Of a stretch of 64,000 nucleotides of DNA, positions 63,255 through 64,000 are shown in pieces. Source of the stretch: Cenococcum geophilum (Eukaryota); contig CP158635.1 in NCBI GenBank assembly GCA_050273025.1, forward strand, positions 26,102,001-26,166,000. Reading direction: 5' to 3'. A program made the position numbers and the translations under genes. The notes under the pieces are model-generated. The model was not told the DNA's origin and ran no database searches. It saw nothing but the letters and a program-made list of their open reading frames with translations. The stretch's first letter is position 1, and the number at the start of each line of letters is the position of its first letter.

Positions 63255-64000
63255 AGGATATGCATGAGGACATTGGCCTCCAGCTTGTGATGAAATGATG
63301 AGCGCTAGTAGAGGCTTGGCGAAGACATTTTTTATTCCTGTTTACCGTGGATACGGATACCCATTGGCATTGGAGTGTAAATTTGTATTTCTAGGGTTAT
63401 TGTGCATAGATAGTGTTGAGGTTACTCTATGCTATCTTACCTTTTGAATGAGTAAAATTCAGAAAGCTAGTGAATGATTTATATGAGTTATTTGCTTTGT
63501 TTAACTCGCTTGAAGTACTATTTCAAAATATCTTAGAATTGGAGAATATCGTAAATAGCCTTGAAACTCATGATCGGTGTCTACCCAATTTGGTATAGCG
63601 CCGTTTAAACAACTTAGGAACCCCAAATTCATGATCTCTTTCTTCTTTCTTGTACACATACTAACTCCAATTATACACCCACACACTATCTAGCCCTAAG
63701 TACAACCACAGCTCGCCCCCAAATCCTTCCCATCCTGGATACACGCACAGGTATGTGAGCCTGGCATCTCATGACCAGCACAACCAGAAAAACAACAGCG
63801 CCAATAACCTGTCTCGCACCTCGCGCAGTCCTTGTAGACTTTGCATTCTTGTGCTGTGCTATCGACTACATAGCCTTAGTTAATAAAATTTGCTGAACGG
63901 GTGTGGCAGCTCGACTTACGCGTGAGCCTCGCAACACCCCGGTCGTTGACTAACAGTCCAACCTGTACTTCGTCGGCACCAGATGCAGGGGCAGCCAGAA

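Noticed and set aside
60272..63265. Alternative-frame and antisense ORFs overlapping the SET and AhpC/TSA genes
   Set aside because: Shadows of real coding sequence or intron read-through.

Overview
Filamentous ascomycete (Pezizomycotina-type) genomic window. About 55 kb (2489-57703) is one AT-rich block of nested transposons destroyed by RIP (pervasive CpA->TpA / TpG->TpA, no intact long ORFs), and target-site duplications (TSDs) let the nest be resolved. An old minus-strand Ty3/Gypsy chromovirus (family A, copy A0) hosts a MITE, a 1-kb non-autonomous non-LTR element, a second Gypsy (B), a Ty1/Copia, a Tad1-like LINE and a 102-bp solo LTR. The LINE hosts Gypsy A1; A1 hosts Gypsy D and E; E hosts A2 (five levels deep). 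Left flank: 3' end of an unknown gene, a truncated HET-domain fragment and a pogo/Fot1-like transposase remnant. Right flank: an intact two-exon SET-domain gene and a two-exon AhpC/TSA (CxxC) gene. Most notable: (1) the 1-kb insertion (4523-5543) begins at its first base with a complete HDV-like ribozyme fold and ends in a tail shared with the LINE, suggesting a ribozyme-headed SINE-like parasite of a Tad1 LINE; (2) family A carries an antisense, apparently intron-containing accessory gene with a Zn2Cys6-like Cys pattern plus coiled coil; (3) all four Gypsy families show self-priming PBS complementarity, and three share a 3'-UTR palindrome. All calls are from manual reading; de-RIP reconstructions are inference.
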